Source: Methanotrichaceae archaeon
GTDB taxonomy: Archaea; Halobacteriota; Methanosarcinia; Methanotrichales; Methanotrichaceae
Assembly (NCBI GenBank): GCA_963803145.1
Contig: CAWDLW010000021.1
Location: 1 to 23,376, forward strand
DNA length: 23,376 bases
Reading direction: 5' to 3'
The position numbers were made by a program, and so were the translations under genes. A model generated the notes under the pieces. It had not been told where the DNA came from, ran no database searches, and saw only the letters and a list, made by a program, of their open reading frames with translations. Below are positions 9,420 through 18,702 of the stretch, piece after piece. Numbering within the stretch: position 1 is the first letter of the stretch; the number at the start of each line of letters is the position of its first letter.

Positions 9420-10408
9420 TAGCGATGCATGGTAGCCGAAGCAGCACTCCTAATCCGGATGCACCTATCAAACCTATGCTTGCAGTCCTCGGCAAGCCAT
9501 TCTCCTCTAAGGACTGGATATTCGAGCCGAAGATAGACGGCACTCGATGCATAGCCCATATCCAGAAAAGCATCGTGCTGCAGAACCGAAGGCTAACAAA
9601 TATCGCTTACCGCTATCCTGAGATTGTGGATGCCCTGTCGAATTCAGCATCCGGCTGTATCTTTGATGGGGAGATCGCTGTCTTCTCAGACGGCAAGCCG
9701 GACTTCGCTGCTCTGGCCGATAGGGAGCATCAGACCCAGAGGCTCAGAATTGAGTATCTATCAAAAGCTACACCGGCCAGCTATGTGGTTTTCGACATCC
9801 TCTATTCTAAAGGGGAGAATGTGATGGCCAGGCCGCTTCACGAGAGAAAGGCGATCTTGAAGGAGACGCTGCAGGAGAGCGATGGCGTAACCCTGGCCGA
9901 CTATTTTTCGGAGAAAGGCGAGGACTATTTTCAGGCGGCGCTGAAGTTGGGCATTGAAGGTGTAATGGCCAAGAGACTCGACTCCACATATCAGCCCGGA
10001 GTCCGCCATCCTGACTGGATGAAGATCAAGAAGCGTTTTGAGTTCGATCTGGTTGTAGGAGGCTATATCCAGGGCAAAGGCCGTCGAGGGCCTTACTTTG
10101 GCGGATTGCTTCTGGGAGCTTATGATTCCGGCAAATCAGGCAAGCTGATCTACGTGGGAAGAGTGGGCTCAGGCTTCTCCGATAGAGAGCTGCAAGAAAT
10201 GATAGGGGATTTTGAACCTGCAACTGTTATTCCATTCGCTAGTCCGCCCGATACTCCTGGGATCATATGGCTGATACCGAACATTGTCGTGCAGGTAGCT
10301 GCCTTGGAAGTTACGGAGAATGGCAGCCTCAGAGCTCCGGTGTTCCTACGGAGAAGGCTTGATAAGGACCCTCTTGAGTGCTCTATAGATCAATTTTTCA
10401 ATAGATAG
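9416..10408 (+). CDS. ligD: ATP-dependent DNA ligase, LigD ligase domain only
   Basis: PMLA, motif I EPKIDGTR, FDGEI, VVFDIL, EGVMAKR, WMKIK, VGRVGSGF, LRAPVF. GTGA overlap with the ku stop. Confidence 0.93.
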   Translation: MIAMHGSRSSTPNPDAPIKPMLAVLGKPFSSKDWIFEPKIDGTRCIAHIQKSIVLQNRRLTNIAYRYPEIVDALSNSASGCIFDGEIAVFSDGKPDFAALADREHQTQRLRIEYLSKATPASYVVFDILYSKGENVMARPLHERKAILKETLQESDGVTLADYFSEKGEDYFQAALKLGIEGVMAKRLDSTYQPGVRHPDWMKIKKRFEFDLVVGGYIQGKGRRGPYFGGLLLGAYDSGKSGKLIYVGRVGSGFSDRELQEMIGDFEPATVIPFASPPDTPGIIWLIPNIVVQVAALEVTENGSLRAPVFLRRRLDKDPLECSIDQFFNR

Positions 10409-10657
10409 CGCAAAAGCGCCTCCATAGGGCAAGGCAGGCCGAATATAGATACAAGTTTGCTTATGAAAAAATCAAAGAACTTATTTTAAAAGGAGACAGC
10501 ATCCGTTAGGGCAGACAGCGGACAGCCAAGACACTCATCGTAAGACCTGCCCTACCAGGTCATCATAGCAGATCTACAGTTGAGTTTAGAATAATTTAAA
10601 TACTGTAATTGTTAATATATAGGCGTCCTTGAAAATTGTGAATTAAAGGAGGGACGT

Positions 10658-13063
10658 ATGGCAGTCAAAACATGTGTGATCTTGCTGATCACTATCGGTC
10701 TGCTCGTAGGACCATCTCTGGCAGACTCCTCTTTCAAGCCTACCAATGTGCTGAATAGCATTGAATCGAACAACACTCAAATTAATACCTCGGCAATCGA
10801 TAACGAATCGGTTCGAGCCGAAATGCTGAACCTTCCTCTCAGTTTCATAGAGAACCGAGGGCAGACTTCCAACGATGTAAAGTTCATGGTCAAGACATCG
10901 AGCGAGACAATATATTTCGCGCCTTCAAATGTGCTATTTGCCTTGTCCTCGAAGAACAATGCATCAATAGTCAGAATGAGCTTTGAAGGCGCAAACCCCG
11001 GCCAATTAGCCGGTGAAGGACTCCTTCCAGGTACAGCGAACTTCTTCATCGGCAATAACTCATCGAAATGGATCACGGATATTCCTACTTACGGCTCTGT
11101 CAAGTACGAAAGCCTTTATCCAGGGGTCGATCTGGTCTTCAAAGGCACCGAAGGAAACCTGAAGCATGTGCTGCTGCTGAAGCCAGGCGTGGACCCGACT
11201 AAAATCGTTCTGGCATATAGCGGCCAGGATAGCCTGAACCTTGACAAAAATGGATCGATCCTGATAAAGACTGCAGCTGGCGACCTCACAGACTCTGCGC
11301 CATTCTGCTACCAGGATGTCAATGGGAGCAGGATGATCGTTGAGGGGAAGTATCGAAGAATTGACGACAAAAAGATAGGGTTTGAGATCAATAATTATAA
11401 CAAGAGCCTGCCTCTTGTGATAGATCCCTTGCTTAGATATTCCACATATCTGGGTGGTGCCGAAGACGACAAAGGCAACGGCATAGCAGTAGACGGCTAT
11501 GGTAATGCTTATGTTACAGGAAGCACATTTTCTTCCGACTTCCCGATTAAAAATGCATACCAGAGCAATAATGGGGGAAACTTTGACGCTTTTATCACAA
11601 AACTAAGCCATGGCGGGGCGAGCCTGATCTACTCTACCTATCTGGGGGGTGGCAAAGACGACTACGGCATGGGCATAGCTGTAGACCGCAGTAATAGCGC
11701 TTATGTTACGGGAACAACGAATTCAACCGACTTTCCAACCGAAAAACCATTCCAGGCCGCGAATGCGGGAGGTAACGATACTATTGTAGTCAAGTTAAGC
11801 CCTACAGGGAATAAACTGGTCTACTCCACTTATCTGGGGGGTGCCAAAGACGACGAAGGCTGGGGCATAGCTGTAAGCAACGGCAACAACGCTTATGTTA
11901 CAGGACGGACGAATTCAACCGACTTTCCGACTAAAAATGCATATCAGGCCGCGAATGCAGGAGAAAACGATACCTTTGTCACTAAGCTGGGTCCTGGCGG
12001 GATGAGCCTGATCTACTCCACTTATCTAGGCGGTAGCGATGATGACGGCGGTACAGGCATAGCTTTAGATCGCAGCGATAATGCTTATGTTACAGGAGAG
12101 ACTGGTTCTACCAACTTCCCGACTAGAAATGCATACCAGAAAAAGAATGCAGGGGGTCTCGACGCCTTTGTCGCCAAGCTGAACTCTGCAGGGAAGACCC
12201 TATTCTACTCCACATATCTTGGCGGCAGCGAACTCGATGACGGCATGGGCATAGCTGTAGATCGCAGCTATAACGTTTATGTTACAGGATGGACGTATTC
12301 GGACAACTTCCCGACCGAAAATCCACTCCAGGCCGCAAATGCAGGACATGATGACGCTTTTGTAACCAAGCTGAACCCTACAGGGAGAAAGCTGGTGTAT
12401 TCCACATATCTTGGCGGCAGCGAATACGACGAAGGTCAAAGAATAGCTGTAGACCACAGCGATAACACTTATGTTGCAGGGGCCACAAGTTCGACCGACT
12501 TCCGGACCAAAAATGCGTACCAGAAAACCTATGGTGGAGGGTGCGACGACGCTTTTGTAGCTAAATTGAGCCCTGCAGGGAATAACCTGGTCTACTCCAC
12601 TTATCTGGGCGGTAACGGATTCGACTGGGGGAGTGACGTAGCTGTAGACGGCAGCGACGACGTTTATGTTACGGGATGCACATTTTCTACCAACTTCCCA
12701 ACCGGAAATGCATACCAGGACAGGAATGCAGGGGGCAACGACGCCTTCATAACAGACTTTACAAAAGCGCCTCCGGATACGCCATCCAAACCCTCCGGAC
12801 CTGTTTCAGATAAGACTGGATTTTTCTACAGGTATTCCACATCAGCTACAGATCCCGATGGATACCCAATCAAATATACCTTCGATTGGGGAGATGGCAC
12901 AAAAACGACAACACGTCTGTTCAACTCTGGAACAGAGGCAACTGTAGCTCATAGATGGACCAAAGTGGGAACATTCCGGGTTGCAGCCATGGCTACAGAT
13001 AGCAAAGGTGCAACTTCGGGATATTCAAGTGCATTGGAGGTTGATATATCCAGCCGCAGGTGA
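10658..13063 (+). CDS. Cell-surface SBBP beta-propeller repeat protein with C-terminal PKD domain
   Basis: Signal peptide; LSFIENRGQ N-terminal domain; seven YSTYLGG..DD.G.GIAVD...AYVTG.T.S..FP repeats; YTFDWGDG PKD motif; GGAGGG RBS at 10648-10653. Confidence 0.93.
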   Translation: MAVKTCVILLITIGLLVGPSLADSSFKPTNVLNSIESNNTQINTSAIDNESVRAEMLNLPLSFIENRGQTSNDVKFMVKTSSETIYFAPSNVLFALSSKNNASIVRMSFEGANPGQLAGEGLLPGTANFFIGNNSSKWITDIPTYGSVKYESLYPGVDLVFKGTEGNLKHVLLLKPGVDPTKIVLAYSGQDSLNLDKNGSILIKTAAGDLTDSAPFCYQDVNGSRMIVEGKYRRIDDKKIGFEINNYNKSLPLVIDPLLRYSTYLGGAEDDKGNGIAVDGYGNAYVTGSTFSSDFPIKNAYQSNNGGNFDAFITKLSHGGASLIYSTYLGGGKDDYGMGIAVDRSNSAYVTGTTNSTDFPTEKPFQAANAGGNDTIVVKLSPTGNKLVYSTYLGGAKDDEGWGIAVSNGNNAYVTGRTNSTDFPTKNAYQAANAGENDTFVTKLGPGGMSLIYSTYLGGSDDDGGTGIALDRSDNAYVTGETGSTNFPTRNAYQKKNAGGLDAFVAKLNSAGKTLFYSTYLGGSELDDGMGIAVDRSYNVYVTGWTYSDNFPTENPLQAANAGHDDAFVTKLNPTGRKLVYSTYLGGSEYDEGQRIAVDHSDNTYVAGATSSTDFRTKNAYQKTYGGGCDDAFVAKLSPAGNNLVYSTYLGGNGFDWGSDVAVDGSDDVYVTGCTFSTNFPTGNAYQDRNAGGNDAFITDFTKAPPDTPSKPSGPVSDKTGFFYRYSTSATDPDGYPIKYTFDWGDGTKTTTRLFNSGTEATVAHRWTKVGTFRVAAMATDSKGATSGYSSALEVDISSRR
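11438..12760 (+). repeat. Seven intragenic tandem repeats of 192 bp (64 aa)
   Basis: YSTYLGG units start at 11438, 11630, 11822, 12014, 12206, 12398 and 12593 (period 192, last 195). Confidence 0.95.
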
Positions 13064-13127
13064 GTTCCAATCGCGGTAATCGTTAGATAGAAGCTAAATA
13101 TTGTATAGCCCCGGAATAGAACCCTTC

Positions 13128-13135
13128 TTTTTTTT
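13128..13135 (+). terminator. Oligo-T archaeal terminator
   Basis: T8 run 65 nt downstream of the SBBP gene stop. Confidence 0.55.
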
Positions 13136-13447
13136 GTTGCTTCTCATCAAGCGGTAAGGTCGATGGGGGTACGATGAACGATTTCGCCTATCCGCTGCGT
13201 CGAAGAGCTAAAGGAGCATTATAATCGCCGGAAGATTCTCAAACCGGAAGAGGACAAATAAGGTTTGGTAGCTCGCAATATATGACAGACGATACCGCCA
13301 GTTTCACGACTAATTGCTACTCGTATAGTACGATCTTGGCTTGGCAAACACTCGGCATCTAGGCAAAACGTTCGATCGGAAGTAGGCACGTGAAGAATAA
13401 ATCCACAGAGATCATTTGATATATCTAAATTGAGGAGGTTCACTACA

Positions 13448-14005
13448 ATGCCCCACATGCGATTCCCGACAAACGACCCAGAGCGATTAAAGTGGCAGGA
13501 CCCCGAAAAGATTCTCAGCGAAATCAGGCTTGGGCCTGATATGATGTTTGTGGACGTCGGCTGCGGTGATGGCTATTTCGCAATTCCTGCTGCCCGAATG
13601 GTCGGACCGAAAGGAAAAGTTATAGCATTTGATATTGATGATAGTGCTATCGAACGACTCAGGCAGCAGGCGGCGGATGGAGGATTGAGCCAGCTAACAG
13701 CGGAAGTGGGGTCTGCAGAGGAGACTGTTGCCTGTGAAGGTTGCGCCGACTTTGTATTCTTCGGCATAAATCTTCATGACTTTGCCGATCCTGCGCAGGT
13801 GATCAGAAACGCAAAAAGGATGCTTAAGCCTTCAGGGCTATTGGTTGATTTAGATTGGAAACCAGAGCCAATGCCGTTTGGTCCTCCGCTGAAAAAGCGG
13901 TTCTCCATCGATAAAGCCCGACAATTGATCCAGTCCGAAGGATTCAAGATAAAATCGGTCGCTGAGGCAGGGATTTATCATTATATTATCGTTGCTAATA
14001 TGTAA
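13448..14005 (+). CDS. Class I SAM-dependent methyltransferase (UbiE-like)
   Basis: VDVGCGDG motif I, VIAFDID, LHDF.DP, RMLKPSG.LV..DW. GGAGGT RBS at 13434-13439 favours ATG 13448. Confidence 0.92.
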   Translation: MPHMRFPTNDPERLKWQDPEKILSEIRLGPDMMFVDVGCGDGYFAIPAARMVGPKGKVIAFDIDDSAIERLRQQAADGGLSQLTAEVGSAEETVACEGCADFVFFGINLHDFADPAQVIRNAKRMLKPSGLLVDLDWKPEPMPFGPPLKKRFSIDKARQLIQSEGFKIKSVAEAGIYHYIIVANM

Positions 14006-14028
14006 GAAACAATGGAAGGGAGACCAAT

Positions 14029-14052
14029 ATAATTGCATGAATAATTGCATGA
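14029..14052. repeat. Perfect 12-bp tandem duplication ATAATTGCATGA x2
   Basis: Read directly at 14029-14040 and 14041-14052. Confidence 0.85.
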
Positions 14053-14541
14053 CGCTTTTGGTGTGCCTCTTTCTGCGCCGGCGATGTAGGTGGCCGTGAA
14101 TAGCGATATATCACAGTTATCCTGCTATTATCAACTATTTTTGCGAAATCATAGGCGCTTTTCCAGCCACTCTTCATCATATATCAGTAATATAGCATCC
14201 ACATGATCCAAAAGCGTTTATTTCGGCAATTAACCATATATGTATTGGCGAAAGTCGACAGACGAAAATCCCTCCTACACCTTCGGCTCTCGCCTCCCTC
14301 CTTTTCAGATTTTCACGGGTGGCTTCTGCTGTAATAACGCATGACGGTTCTGTTGAGTCTTGTGGTGGTGGCCTAGTAAAACTAATATCAACCAATCGTC
14401 CCAAATGCCATAACACCACAGGATGCAACAGAACACTTTTAGGATAGAATTTACATACTTAATTACTAGCTAAATTATGTAAGAATGATCTTTCAATGAA
14501 TATAATATTGGGTTCGAATTTCTCATTAGGATGTGTGAAAG

Positions 14542-16272
14542 ATGGCAAAGGCAAGCGGGTCTGAGCTCACAGGGACTTTGTGCGGTAAGTTCTGCTCCAT
14601 CCTTCCGATTCTCAGTTGGTCGCGCTCTTACAATAGGAAATGGCTGGCATTGGACCTCATGGCTGGCATCACCCTCGCAGCCTTCACCATACCCGAAGAT
14701 CTAGCATATGCCTCTCTCGCCGGGCTAAGGCCGGAAATGGGACTCTACGCCACCTTGATGGCCGCGTTCATCTATTTTCTAACTGGGACATCCAGACAGC
14801 TGTCCGTGGGACCGACCTCATCTCTCTCCATTCTGATTGTGTCAGTACTCTCCGGCCTCGCTTTAGATCCAGATCAATACATAGCTTCAGCAACGTTCAC
14901 AGGTTTTCTAGTTGGCATCATCGCCATATTGGCCTATCTATTCCGATTTGGCTTTCTCTCAAAGCTTATTTCCAGCACAGTTCTAACCGGCTTCATAGCC
15001 GGTGCTGCCGTCTACATTGCATCCAGCCAGTTTGCCACACTATTCGGAATTCCAGGCGGAGGCAGCTTGTTTATTGAGAGGATATGGAACCTAATCTCTC
15101 ATATTTATCAAATCAATCCGGCAAGTCTCGCTCTCGGTCTTGCTGCAATCTTGATCTTAGTCCTGATGAGGCGTAAATATCCCAAAATCCCTTGGACGTT
15201 GGTTGTAGTCATCGGCTCGATACTGTTAATATCGTTCACAGATCTTAAAGAAATGGGCATTGCAGTGGTGGGTTATGTGCCCTCAGGTCTTCCTCCTGTC
15301 AGGGTTCCTATCATACCGTCAAGTTATCATACTACTCTCATCGCCCTCGCAGGTGGTTGCTTCCTACTTGCGTACGTTGAACAGATAGGAATCGTCAAGG
15401 CACTCTCACGAGAGAACGATTACGATATCGATGAGGATCAAGAGCTGCTCTCATTGGGGCTAAGCAATTTGGCCAACAGTCTCGTGCATGGTTTTGTTGT
15501 TGGAGGCAGCTATTCGAGGTCATCGGTCAATAACCAGCTTGGTGCCAGGACACAGCTGGCTGGAGGCATTACTGGATTGATCGTCATGGTTGTTATCGTC
15601 TTCTTCACCAGCCTTCTATCAAATCTTCCCCATACTATTCTCGCAGCTATCGTCTTAGTTGCGGTTCTAAACCTTGTGCACATCAGCGAGTTCAAACGAA
15701 TCCTGTACATCAGCAAGCCAGAATTTGCTGTCGCTATGACTGTTTTCTTCAGTGTTATCCTTTTGGGATTGCTCCCCGGGGTACTCGTCGGTATGGTTCT
15801 ATCCATCTTTGAGCTAATACAGAGGTTCTATCGACCCCGTACTGTCGTCATGGGAAAGGTTCCTGGATCAGATGAGTTCGCAGAGGTCGAGGGCCATCCG
15901 GAGAATGAACAGATTGATGACACAATGGTACTCAAGATCGAGTCAAATCTCCTGTTCTTCAATGCAGACAACATTCTAAAGGAGATTCTCCATTGTCTAA
16001 CGAGGAGCCCTCGGCGTGTAAAGCTGCTAGTTCTTAATCTCGAATCGTCGCCCTTCATCGACATCAGCGCAACTGATATGATTCGACGTCTACACGAGGT
16101 TCTGAAGAAAAGAGGAATAGACCTGAAATTAGCACGAGCATCGGCTCTTATGACCGAGAGACTGGAGAAAACAGGGTTGACAAGCCTTCTCAATCAAACT
16201 GCTCCAGGAGAGACAGTCACTAAAGTCATTGATGAGTGGCAGAACTTGTCGGTCAGCACAGACGAAACATAA
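14542..16272 (+). CDS. sulP: SulP family inorganic anion transporter with STAS domain
   Basis: DLMAGITLA...PE.LAYA.LAGL.PEMGLY, GTSRQLSVGPT, DQELLSLGLSN, GSYSRSSVN; STAS LFFNA...FIDISA. Confidence 0.95.
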   Translation: MAKASGSELTGTLCGKFCSILPILSWSRSYNRKWLALDLMAGITLAAFTIPEDLAYASLAGLRPEMGLYATLMAAFIYFLTGTSRQLSVGPTSSLSILIVSVLSGLALDPDQYIASATFTGFLVGIIAILAYLFRFGFLSKLISSTVLTGFIAGAAVYIASSQFATLFGIPGGGSLFIERIWNLISHIYQINPASLALGLAAILILVLMRRKYPKIPWTLVVVIGSILLISFTDLKEMGIAVVGYVPSGLPPVRVPIIPSSYHTTLIALAGGCFLLAYVEQIGIVKALSRENDYDIDEDQELLSLGLSNLANSLVHGFVVGGSYSRSSVNNQLGARTQLAGGITGLIVMVVIVFFTSLLSNLPHTILAAIVLVAVLNLVHISEFKRILYISKPEFAVAMTVFFSVILLGLLPGVLVGMVLSIFELIQRFYRPRTVVMGKVPGSDEFAEVEGHPENEQIDDTMVLKIESNLLFFNADNILKEILHCLTRSPRRVKLLVLNLESSPFIDISATDMIRRLHEVLKKRGIDLKLARASALMTERLEKTGLTSLLNQTAPGETVTKVIDEWQNLSVSTDET

Positions 16273-16526
16273 TCAGAAGCCGAGCCTTATTAAGGCCATT
16301 TTTAGCGTAGTCGGAGCTATCCGAATTCAAGAGCATCATCCAAATTTTGCCTTAAATACGAGCCCGGGATTCCTAAAGGTAAACAGGCCGGGGATGGATC
16401 CAGAGCGAGGAGAGTTGCGTTCTCGGGAGGCCATTGCCTATTTGAAGGCTATTGACCCGGATATATTTAATTTCTTTTTAATAATGATCCTTCAGGGTCA
16501 ACGACATAGCAGAAAAGACCCATCGT

Positions 16527-16694
16527 CTAGAAAGTAACGATTAATAAGCAGCCATCAGATTCTGGCACTAGCTCTACATCCCAGCATCTCTCTTCAAGCT
16601 TGCTCAGGATCATGTCCCCAATATCTGCAGGTCTGGCGTGGAATATCTCGGCCAGGGTCTCCTTGACTGCCTGATACTCTAGGAGGCAGCAGCT
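16527..16694 (-). pseudogene. Start-less fragment of a small hypothetical protein
   Basis: Open frame LLEYQAVKETLAEIFHARPADIGDMILSKLEERCWD... bounded upstream by TAA (16695-16697). It is protein-like and resembles, from memory, small Methanothrix proteins found near family-B polymerase genes. Confidence 0.45.
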
Positions 16695-16798
16695 TTATCC
16701 GTCTCAAATAAACAATACGTTGACAGGCTGTAGAGGCAGCAATTAAGCTATACACCTTAAATATAAGGGTCAAGGACTCATATAATTATAATGTGGTT

Positions 16799-16806
16799 AA
16801 AAAAAA
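16799..16806 (-). terminator. Oligo-T terminator for the Cys-rich gene
   Basis: A8 on the + strand about 60 nt past the 16867 stop. Confidence 0.45.
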
Positions 16807-16866
16807 GAAGGGATGGCCGCAGGTTTTATGCCTGCTAGAATGGGCATTTCTCAAACCTCTATTTCA

Positions 16867-17796
16867 TTAAGATGGGCATTCAGGTGCCAGATCAATCCAG
16901 TAGTTGCCACCGTAAATATCCGCTGTGGTTCCTCCTGTCAGTGTCGCAAAATTTGAAAATGATCTTTCATTAGATCTTGGTTCGGCGCAATAAGCTGCTT
17001 TTGCTTCATCATACGAAGAAAAATCTTGAGATTTCTTTACATACTGAACTGATAAATCTGATCCATCGTTCTTACAGCTCCCACCGTGGAAAAAACTGCA
17101 TGCTTTTGCAGTTTTGAGATCAGACTCAGATCCAACCCAGATAGCCCCATTCCCGACATTTGTAAGTAAGAAAACTGCATAACTTGATACACCAGGGTTT
17201 TCTATATTCGAACAGCTTCCGCTTATGCAATTGTACCCTTGTGGGCAGATGTTCCCGCACGAGCCACAGTTCTGTGAGTCGGAATTGGTCTCGGTGCACG
17301 CGCCGTTACAACATCTCTCCTCAGCCGAACATGAATTTCCGCAAGTTCCGGTTCTCCCTGAAAGGTCGGAGGAACCTTCTGAACCTGGCCGATAACTGGC
17401 ATATCCATTACTGTTCATCCAACCCACTGCGGTATCCAGATCAGTAGGGTTAGCAAACATTGGGTAATTATAATTTCCTGAGGGCTCTTTTCCTGCTACA
17501 CAACTTTTTTTATCGCCTGTACAGTAAACATTGTAGACAGCTATGCCTGGAGCAGTTGATAAACATCCTCCATAACTTCCGTACCCATTACTGTTCATCC
17601 AACCCAGAGCAGTATCCAGATCGGCAGGATTGGTAAGCATTGGGTAATTATAATTTCCTGAAGGCTCTTTTCCTGCTACGCAACAATTCTTATCGCCTGT
17701 ACAGTACACATTATATTGTCCTATTGCAGATATGCAAAGCAGATTCAACATTATTACAACAAAAAAAATCATTCCATTAATGCATCTCGTTCCCAT
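16867..17796 (-). CDS. Secreted cysteine-rich protein with a duplicated ~48-aa domain and a STIG1-like Cys-rich module
   Basis: Signal peptide from MGTRCING (17796); two YNVYCTGDK..CVAGKEPSGNYNYPM...GWMNSNGY repeats; C...C....CCNGAC.....D.QNCGSCG..C..G..C..G.C module. Confidence 0.8.
   Translation of the reverse strand: MGTRCINGMIFFVVIMLNLLCISAIGQYNVYCTGDKNCCVAGKEPSGNYNYPMLTNPADLDTALGWMNSNGYGSYGGCLSTAPGIAVYNVYCTGDKKSCVAGKEPSGNYNYPMFANPTDLDTAVGWMNSNGYASYRPGSEGSSDLSGRTGTCGNSCSAEERCCNGACTETNSDSQNCGSCGNICPQGYNCISGSCSNIENPGVSSYAVFLLTNVGNGAIWVGSESDLKTAKACSFFHGGSCKNDGSDLSVQYVKKSQDFSSYDEAKAAYCAEPRSNERSFSNFATLTGGTTADIYGGNYWIDLAPECPS
17402..17714 (-). repeat. Intragenic direct repeat, two copies with 180-bp period
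   Basis: 17402-17534 closely matches 17582-17714 at nucleotide level. Confidence 0.9.
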
Positions 17797-17937
17797 AGTT
17801 TGGATATTTGTTGTTTTAAATATCAAGTTTGCGTAATCTGCAATATAACGAGAGAGATTGACAATGGCCCGCATTCTTTTATCGTGGAAGAAGAGATAGT
17901 TGAACAAGCGATATTTTCTTTATCATAATAATCCGTC

Positions 17938-17955
17938 AGCGCCCTGAAGGGCGCT
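17938..17955. other. GC-rich hairpin AGCGCCC-TGAA-GGGCGCT
   Basis: Perfect 7-bp stem; GCCCTGAAGGGC resembles IS200/IS605-type subterminal hairpins, but it could simply be a terminator or stabiliser. Confidence 0.5.
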
Positions 17956-18004
17956 TTATCCTCAAGAAAGTACCCGATCAACTGGTATTTCCTTAGTCCG
18001 GCGA

Positions 18005-18622
18005 TTAAGGTGTATTAAGTTTTGGCGCGTTTGAATCATTTAGGCTATAGTATAATCTCCAAGGCTGTCTTGGCCGCGAGTCGTATTTCGCCAGATAATC
18101 TAGTGGATCGGTTGTTATGTAACCGGTCTGGTACATATCGCCGTATACAATTAGTCCAATTGAGTTTGGCAATGGCTTTTTGTTCGGGTAAAATCCACCA
18201 TCCCCATCTATGAATATCCATGCTTCTTTGTATCTTGGGTTATCGACTGCAACCCACATGTGTCCTATGGGATCACCGTTCAAAGATCGGTTGTCTGGAC
18301 CCCAATCGGTGATGCATACTGCCGTATATCCATCGCGTTCTAATAGCAGCATTATGTAAATCGAGGTGTCGGTACATGAGAAGTTGCCTGTTACGTATGG
18401 GTGCGACCAATGGTAGCTGTCTAAGATGTGTTGGATATCGTTTTTGAATTGATCATCGTATGCAGGTTTTAGTGTTACAAGTTTAAAGAGGTCTGGTTGA
18501 GCATTAGCTTGTAGTAAAATCGTTCCCGCTGTGACTAATCCCATTACGAGTAAAAATAGCAGGAAACGGGTAAGATTATCTTTTTTTGATGTAGTTCTAC
18601 TTCCGTGGTCAGCATCCATCAA
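18005..18622 (-). CDS. Membrane-anchored/secreted transglutaminase-like (papain-fold) protein
   Basis: N-terminal hydrophobic helix; putative triad FSCTDTS (Cys), GHMWVAV (His), WIFIDG (Asp). Confidence 0.65.
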   Translation of the reverse strand: MMDADHGSRTTSKKDNLTRFLLFLLVMGLVTAGTILLQANAQPDLFKLVTLKPAYDDQFKNDIQHILDSYHWSHPYVTGNFSCTDTSIYIMLLLERDGYTAVCITDWGPDNRSLNGDPIGHMWVAVDNPRYKEAWIFIDGDGGFYPNKKPLPNSIGLIVYGDMYQTGYITTDPLDYLAKYDSRPRQPWRLYYSLNDSNAPKLNTP

Positions 18623-18702
18623 TGACTTGCCTCTAACAATGCGATCATTTTTCGCTTCATCTTTTCACTTTTTCGGTCTACCAGGTTGCATTCATGACTT
18701 AG

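Noticed and set aside
10520-10552. Cobalamin riboswitch (AAGACCTGCC resembles the B12 box)
   Set aside because: The upstream conserved core (GGGAA...GGTG..AA.TCC...ACTGT) is absent.
14240-14315. c-di-GMP-like riboswitch (GAAA-capped hairpin followed by GACGAAAAT)
   Set aside because: Lacks the GGCAAAC element and second stem; only weak pairing.
16229-16537. 102-aa ORF overlapping the sulP end
   Set aside because: No RBS; only a short protein-like patch (REAIAYLKAIDPDIF) that I cannot assign.
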